Part shown: in pieces, positions 31,401 through 38,899 of the stretch | Position numbering within the stretch: position 1 is the stretch's first letter | Layout: each line of letters begins with the position of its first letter | Assembly (NCBI GenBank): GCA_023334545.1 | Contig: JAADVB010000179.1 | Location: forward strand, 1-38,899 | Reading direction: 5' to 3' | Source of the DNA: Salisapilia sapeloensis CBS 127946 | Taxonomy: Eukaryota > Protista > Oomycota | DNA: 38,899 nt | The notes under the pieces: model-generated | Database searches by the model: none | The model's input: the letters and a program-made list of their open reading frames with translations, nothing else | Told to the model about the DNA's origin: nothing | Program-made: the position numbers and the translations under genes

Positions 31401-34400
31401 AGGTAGACTTTTGAATGGTAATCTGTCGCGTGCTGTGGCTTCCTGGTACGACTTCACCCAGGAACAACTTGTTTTGAGGCAGCGTCTACGGCAAGTTGTG
31501 GCATTAATGACGAATGGCACACTGGTACGAACGTTTTACGCTTTCGTACAACACAGGCAAGAGATGCAGCTCTTCCGTCGCCGAATGCGTGCTCGGATGG
31601 AGAATGCAGACTTATTCTATCGTTGGACGAGATGGGTCAAGTACACACGAGATTGTCAGCTAGTCTATCGTTCAGCTTCAGTTTTACAAGCTTTTTGGCG
31701 TGGAACACGTGCTCGGAGGGATGTAGAAGATTGGTTTTTAAAAAGACTTTGGGCTGTTGTCAAGGTTCAAAAAGCTTGGCGCGGACGCTTAGGTCGCATG
31801 CTGTTGCTGGCAGCTACAAGAAAGTCTCGCTTGAAAGAGTACATTCGTGCAGAACGGGAACGAGATGCACTGCTACATGAAGAACAGTTGATGCGACAAT
31901 TTAATCGGGATATTGAAATGATCGTCCTACTGCAAAGGCAATGGCGTGGTGTTGCCGCACGGACGTTGTACTTTGAAGTTCGGCGCGCTCGAGTGATTAA
32001 AAAGAAACAAGAAGAGCGAGAGTTACAGGAACTCGTACGAGCAGAAGCCATGAGGAGAAAAATGAATCGTGTGTACCGTCAAAAGTTGATGGAGCTGTCA
32101 GCGATCACTATTCAACGCTTTATGCGTGGCTATTTGGCACGGCTTTGGTATCGAGGTCAACAAGAAGCGATAGTAGAGAGACGGACTGCGATATTTTTAC
32201 AAGCTGTCTACCGGGGAAGAATTTCACGGCGAAAGACTGCAGCCCTGAGGCGTAGTTATGTCACTCGGATGGAGATGTTGGCAAGAAGAGCAGTAGAAGG
32301 GAAGGTGCTACGAACAATGGGAGCCACGACTCGTCCAACACAACGCAGATTAAGGCGCTTTTTAAACTTCTTTGGTTTAGATCCTGCCACCTTTTTAACC
32401 GACATTCAACTCGTATTTCAGGAAGTTCGAGAGGATTTTCAGCGTCTGCGTTTGTTCTTTGATATTGTCAAAGCAAAGGTGAATGCAAATGCTGAAAAGC
32501 AAGCGCAGTTGACTCTAGGGACCAGCGTAGAGCGAGTTCATCCGCTTACAAGCCGATCAAGCTTAAATAGTTTTCGTGGAAAGTCTGACGCGACAAAGAA
32601 GTTTATTAGTGACTTAGATAAGATTGTTGCTACGACACAAAAGGAACAGAAGAAAGAGGAGCGTGCAGTTGCCGTTGGAGACGCTGTTCGAATTGTTTTC
32701 CAGGGTCATTCTCGGTGTGGTGAGACAGGCTGCGTACTGCAGATGAAAGATGGAGTGGGTGAAGTCAAAATGGATGTGGATGGTGCACTTGAATTTATTC
32801 CACTTATGATTCCCGCGACAAAGGTGGAGCCTGAGAAGCCTGTGCTACATCGAGTACCTGACATGACATTCACAGCGGTTTCGCTGAAGCGTATTGATGG
32901 TCACATTAGTTTGCAGTGGAGAGAAGAATTAATAGCGTATGCTGAAACCATTGCAGAAGAGTCAAAGCGGTATTGTGCCGCACGTGTAATCCAATGTGCT
33001 GCTCGAACGTACTTGTCTCGAGTAGCTTATCAGGAAGAGTTGGAAAAACAAGGTGTATATGCCGCCCGGAGACAACGTGCTTTATTAAAAATATTGCAGG
33101 CTTTCGGTGGAGACAACAATCGGATCACAAATATTCTCGAACAACTATACTTTGTACGACCATTGAACATCCCTCGTGGACTCTTGGATGAACCATTGGA
33201 AATACAGAAAATCATTAATCGTTTCCAAAGGTTTCTCGCTCGTCAAAAGGAAATTTACAACGCATTCATGCGACTATCACCTGACATGTATCAAGGAAGT
33301 GGTGAATTCTACGGGCAAATGATGCCAATTCCTTTCCAAAAAGTTATTGATCGTATACTCTTTTATCCTCTCCGGTGGATGGCAAGAGTCACTCGCGTAC
33401 CTGCTGCGACTTTCGCTGAGAAGAGAGGAATGGCGATGCTAGCACATTTTCTTGGAGGCGCTGAATTCGTGAAAACGTTTGAAGAAAAGCATGTTTTAGC
33501 TCACTCACACTTGTTCATTCAATTAAAGCAGTGTCATTTCTGTGCCTCGGAAGGCTGGGCAATGGTTCACGGTGTTTTCGTGAAGCGGAAACTTAAGTTG
33601 AGTGCGGATGGGACGCCATTACCACCTGATATACTTCAAGATGACAATGAAAATGGGAAGAAGAAGTTAAAGAAGATAAAGAAGAGGACCAGAAGAGTTC
33701 CACATGGATGGGGAGTAGCTCATTTCTTGTCGGGTCAGGTAGGCGCTGGCGTTAGCTGGCTGGCAAAAAACTCTATCGAGGCACAGTTTAAAAGTCTACA
33801 ACTAATGAAGAGGTTAAAGCAACAGGAGAAAGAAGAAAGGCTACGGCAACAGATATTACTACGACAAGGTACTTTGAATGAAAAGCGATCAAAGGAAGGA
33901 CCAAGGGGTTTTGCGAAGAGACATGCAGAGCTAAGTTTTTTGGAAGAACAGCTAAAGGACTTATATGCACGACTAATTAAGGAAAGAGACCGATGTGACG
34001 CCGAAGAGCGTAGCATTTATAATCATGAGAAAGAGATGAATGCAAAAATTGAAACGCAGAAAATTGAGCTGATGCGTCAGGGAAAGGAGCTTAGTGAACT
34101 TCAGCAACAACCACCGGATATTGTCGCAGAAGTTTTTATGATTGAATCACCCAAGTCGCCACTTGAGTTTCTTATTCCTGGGTGTCGATTTGAAGTGGAG
34201 ATGGATGATGGAGATTGGTACGAATGTGACTTGCTATCTATCGATCCGTATGTTGATTGCATAGCAGAAATTAAATTTGTTGTCGATGGTCAGATAGAAA
34301 AAATTAAACTCATTGAGGAGAAAGAAAGTGACGATACAGCTAGTGAAGTAGAGAAGCCACGACAGTCTGTGAGGGAAATTAAGGCTGCTGCTGCGGCTAG

Positions 34401-37400
34401 AGCTAGAATGAAATTAATTCCGTTCCGTAAGTGGAGAGCTGGTAGTGCAGTCGATGTTGAATGGGAGGAACCAGTGGATAATGGTGCTTCTATCTTGAGA
34501 TATATCGTTGAATGGAAAGATGAAGAAGATGAAGCTGTTCATGGCTCTAGTGTGATCGGACTGCCTTTCGACAATGTGGTAGATGACACGAAACCTACTA
34601 TACCAAAGAGCACAACATTGTGGCCCATAGCTTCATCCCAAGCTACGTCACTGCGGGTACGTGTGGCAGCTGAAAATATGAAAGGCCGCGGAGGAGCTGG
34701 GCTTTACCTGCCGTTACCAGAACTTATGACCGAAGTCAGCTATAGAACAGCAGTCCGACTACCAACTCCCAAAGTAGACACCTCCGAAGACGAGGCATTG
34801 GAAACTGCTGCAATGGAAAGGGAAGACACTCTATCACAAAATTTCCGTCGTCAACTTACTTGTACTATTTGCAAGCTAAATTTTGGAGATAATGAAAGTG
34901 TGTATGAACATATCGCTTATGCTCACACTGTACCGCTCACTTGCCCATTCAAGTCATGCCAGCAGATTTGTTCCTCAGAACAAGCATTTCGTTATCATTT
35001 GTGGAAATGCACTGTTCCAAAGCCTACGCCAGAGGAACTGCAGAGTGAAATATTCATGGAAATCTTTTCTATTTCCAAGCAATACTGCTTTCGAAAGCCA
35101 CGTCGACATGCTTTACCATCGAACAGTCCACTGCATGAGCGTGGTGGAGAGGACTTGTATTTGGAGGGAAAGTTTAAGGAAGCTCGTATTGCTTGGATAC
35201 AGCTAGCAGAGGAGATTCATGATCGTTGCTTGCTTTATGATCGGGTTCAGCGAGAAAGAGAAAGAGACAATCGATTTGTGCCTCCTGAAGAAATGTTTGG
35301 AATCGATTTCACTGCTCCAGACGTGAATGTTGCACGTCGCAATGACGTAGTCCGTGCCCGCGAGAATTTGGAAGAAGAGCTGGAAGCTTACACGCTAGAG
35401 ACAAACGCAAAGTTAGACCAATTACGACATGAAGAAAAAGAGCTGCAAGAGTACATTGCATTAAAAACAAAAAGGTTGAAAGCAACAGAAGAAGAATGGC
35501 AGAAGCAGTCATTAAAACGTGAGAAGAAGAAAGCGATGAAGAAGTTAGCAGGGATTCAAGAAGATATATCATTACTAGTAAAAGTGTCTACAGAGCGCAT
35601 TTATGAAATGAAAGAAGAGATTGAACGCTTGACTACGATCGAAAAAGCTTTCGTACCTTTTACTCATCAAGTTGTTCGTCTGATGCAACTCAGTGACACA
35701 TTACGCAAGGCCCATGAGCGTACCAATACCATTTTACAAGCGCACCGAGCGCTTTTGGACTATTACCACGAAGATTTGAAGAATATGATGAACAGGTCTG
35801 ATCATGAAGTCCAAGGTCTCGAAGCTTGGGATGCGATGGTACAAGCTCGTCGAGAGCAGCTTCAAGCACTTCAAGAAGAGATGCGTCGCATGCAACTTAT
35901 TCATCGGGCAGAATTAGAAGGATTGTGCCACAAACGAGATGAAGGAGATGAAAAGTTCCAGCTATATCGCTTACGAATGCATCAGGATAAGTTTACTGGG
36001 AGAAAGGAGCGAGCTATGCAGGAGCTTTTAAGCAAGAAAATTGGTCGGAAAATGGCCAAAGGTCATGCAAAGGAAGAGGACTCGGATGTGCCAGAGCCTT
36101 TCCACAATGCGCTCGAGTCAGTTCAAATTGCAAACCATGATTTGGTACTCCATGAGAAGTTTATACAAGGCAAAGATGCAGAAGCAGACTATTTGAAGGA
36201 CGAAGCAAATCTTTCTGCTCGACTATCAGTTACGAATGAGGAGGACAGCTCTAGTGAGCAGGTGAATGACCTGACTATCCAAGAGGAAGCTGATGTAGTC
36301 GCGGAGGCAACGTTAGTTGAAACACAAGACCCACTTACATCTGAAGAAGATGGTGTAATCGTCCGCGGTGTCGATATGAAGAGGCGGAACGTGGACGAAT
36401 TGCCTCACACATACCGAAGACTCGAGTGCAGCTTTGTAGATGGCTTCATATATGGTGACGTTCGAATTGAGTTTAATGATGGATCCGTGTACGAAGGACC
36501 GTGGGTCAACGATGCGTCATACCATCAACAGTACGCTACAGAGCAGCCGATAGTAAGTGATAACCATTGGGGAAAGTTTACGTACCACGGGGATGGTAGT
36601 GTCTGGGAGGGTGAAGACGTGGACAACTTCTTTTCGCCATTTGTAGCAAATGGGCATCATTTCCAAGTAACAACAAGCGAAGGGCACCAATACGAAGGCG
36701 GTGTACGGAATGGACTCTTTCATGGTACTGGCACATTGCACATGAATTTCACATTTTCACAAGGCGAGTACATTGGCGAGTGGGTGAATGGAAAACGTGA
36801 GGGGTATGGAATTGAGCAATACGATGGTGGGGAAGTGTATGAAGGAGACTGGCACAACGACCTTCGCCATGGCACTGGATCGATGATTTATGACGATGGC
36901 TCCAAATACGAAGGACATTTCGAGTATAATTTATGGCACGGTGATGGCATTCGAACACTTGCCAATGGTGATAAGATATCTGGTTGCTTCGCGAATGGGT
37001 ACTTGAATGGCTCAGGTTTCCTCGAGTACGCGGACCGAAAGAGCTCATACCGAGGAGAGTTTAGAAACACGTTACGGCATGGCTTTGGACTGTTAATATT
37101 CGCTAATCGAGATAGGTATGAAGGGCCATTTGTGGATGGCGAAATGCATGGCGAGGGAAAATACACGACTTACATAAAGGAAGAGGAAACGATAGCAGGC
37201 CTTGGCGAGCAAATCGATCGAATGGGGAAATGGGTGAACGGCGAGCGTGTTGCTTGGTTAAGCAATCCAAGCACACGTGCTGCTACAAATACCTTCATCA
37301 ACTACTTTGCTACTCAGCGAACGGTGGAAGGCGAACAGGAAATGGATTTGCAAATACCAAAGTTTAAGACACCGTACGCTGTCATGGTCGCGAGTATGCT

Positions 37401-38899
37401 ACCGAGCTTACCAGAAGGTGTTGATGGCGGAAATGCGTTCGTACAAACTATTGTTCAGATGTTAGCCAAGTCACAGAACGTTGTCATCGGATCCAATTTG
37501 CTTGAAACCTCAATTGAAGAGCACAGTTCTGTGCAGCGGGAATTGAACGATGAAGTGGAAGCATTGGACGCGTATCAGAACACGATGGAGGAATCAGAGC
37601 GGCATTTGCGTGCTGAACGAAGGAGCATGCAAGTAGCGGAAGGTGAGCTTGAGAAAGCAATAGCTAGAGAACAGGAGCTACAGATAAAAGTCGAAACATT
37701 TTGGAAGAAGGATACGAATGGACTTGAGAAAGAGTACAAGCGGGCAGTTGCAATGCTTCAGAAGACAGATGTCATGTACTTCCATCGGCTTCGATCCGCC
37801 CGTCTTGATGCTGCTTGCACATCACTGCTGGATGCGTTTTGCATCCTCTTAAATTTCACTTCAAACTTCTACCTGAATGGTCAATTCTATCAACCAACAA
37901 GAGAGGATGTCGTAAAGATGTTATCGAACAGCGATGAAAATGTGGCTTTAGGTGATAAAGAAGGCCTGATTCATCGTTACAATGTGAAAGCATTGTATGT
38001 ACTTCCGCTGTTCGATATCTACTCCTTTAGCGAAGGCACTCGTAAAGATATGCTATTCAGTTTAACTCCAGTGATTCATCATCCTCGACTTCGTCCAAAC
38101 AACGCGAAAATATATCAAATATCGCCTGCACTCACAGCCATTTGCGTTTGGGTGCGAGCTGCTTACTACTATGCGAAGAAAGCAACTGAGATCTACCCCG
38201 TTGTTCAGCGTTCATTAGACATTATACATGTTCTTGACAGACAACGAGAAGTCGTACAGGAGGCTAAAGCGGCATTTGTGGATGCCAAGTTACATCAGAG
38301 AGCAGTTCGAGATGAAGTAGAGATGCGAGAAGAAATGATCAAAGAGTTGAGAGCAAGGGAGAGGCGATTGGCCAAAGTTGTGCAGGATATTGAGATGCTG
38401 GATGCTATTGAGCAGAAGCGTCTACATAAAAAGCATATCAAGTTACCATCGCCGGTGCGTCCGGTTTCAGCTAGCTTTCGTAGAGATGCTGGAAATGACA
38501 GTGAAGACGGTGGTGCGTTGCAATCGATCAATCATCGTCAAGCCTTTTCAGAGACTCATGATCCAGAGGAAGAGCTGAAGAAGCAGGAACGGAAAGTGAA
38601 GGAGGATATTATGGAATCCATTGTGGCGGATGACGAGGTGGCTCAAGAGTTTGATCAGCTTAAGCGAGAAATTACCAAGGTTTTAGATAGAGGAGGAGGA
38701 AAGGTTCCGATGGACGATGTCCCAGCCTTGTTTGAGGAAGTCATGCTAAAGCCACTGGATCCGAAGTACTATGGAGTGAAGAAGTTGCGGACTTTATTAG
38801 AGCTATTAGAAGATGTTTGTACGATCGTGCCACCTCGGCGAGAGGGTGATACCGAAACGCTCGAATACCCTTTAGCATCCGAAGACGACAATGGAAATG
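28469..38899 (+). CDS. Giant multidomain protein (>3400 aa, 3' end outside the window): LRR - IQ - Sfi1-like - IQ - KOW-like - Tudor-like - FN3 - zinc fingers - coiled coil - MORN - dynein stalk/MTBD-like - LOTUS/OST-HTH-like
   Basis: Exons 28469-28676, 28738-28808, 28867-31068 and 31132->38899, with GT-AG introns that preserve the frame. Reading the last exon in frame +1, I found no stop to the window end. Domain motifs are listed in the findings. Confidence 0.88.

Noticed and set aside
1-38899. Prokaryotic systems (CRISPR, defence operons, IS elements), rRNA and tRNA genes
   Set aside because: The sequence is intron-containing eukaryotic DNA. I saw no spaced repeat arrays, transposase ORFs, tRNA T-arm motifs or rRNA signatures.

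Overview
Eukaryotic, gene-dense genomic DNA, most consistent with a zoosporic oomycete or related stramenopile. This assignment is inference from the ~47-63 nt GT-AG introns, INR/FPR-like core promoter motifs, a secreted GH30 and flagellar-type genes; the species cannot be called. I find 18 protein-coding genes, many spliced and so fragmented in, or missing from, the ORF track: GH30 glucosylceramidase-like, RFC3, an orphan with a C-terminal TM helix, an ankyrin protein, a COG2112-like atypical kinase, a profilin-like protein, a G-patch protein, an ICME-like alpha/beta hydrolase, a CK1/VRK-like kinase, glycolate oxidase, ZNF706-like, ATP synthase delta, a Tctex-1 light chain, a HAD-like protein, PDZ-ankyrin-FYVE, a long coiled-coil protein, MetRS and a giant gene. 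The giant gene (28469 to beyond 38899, >3400 aa) is the standout, and its 7.7-kb last exon is absent from the ORF track because it has no stop in the window. It joins LRRs, IQ and Sfi1-like repeats, KOW/Tudor-like, FN3, zinc fingers and MORN repeats to a dynein-stalk/microtubule-binding-domain-like module with no AAA motor in the visible part, followed by a LOTUS/OST-HTH-like domain. Other notable points are a ~280-300 bp direct repeat pair with a 135-nt identical core, a possible in-frame kinase-profilin splice fusion, and two convergent CDSs overlapping by 8 bp. I saw no rRNA, tRNA, CRISPR array or intact transposon. All family assignments come from motif recognition by eye; no database searches were run.
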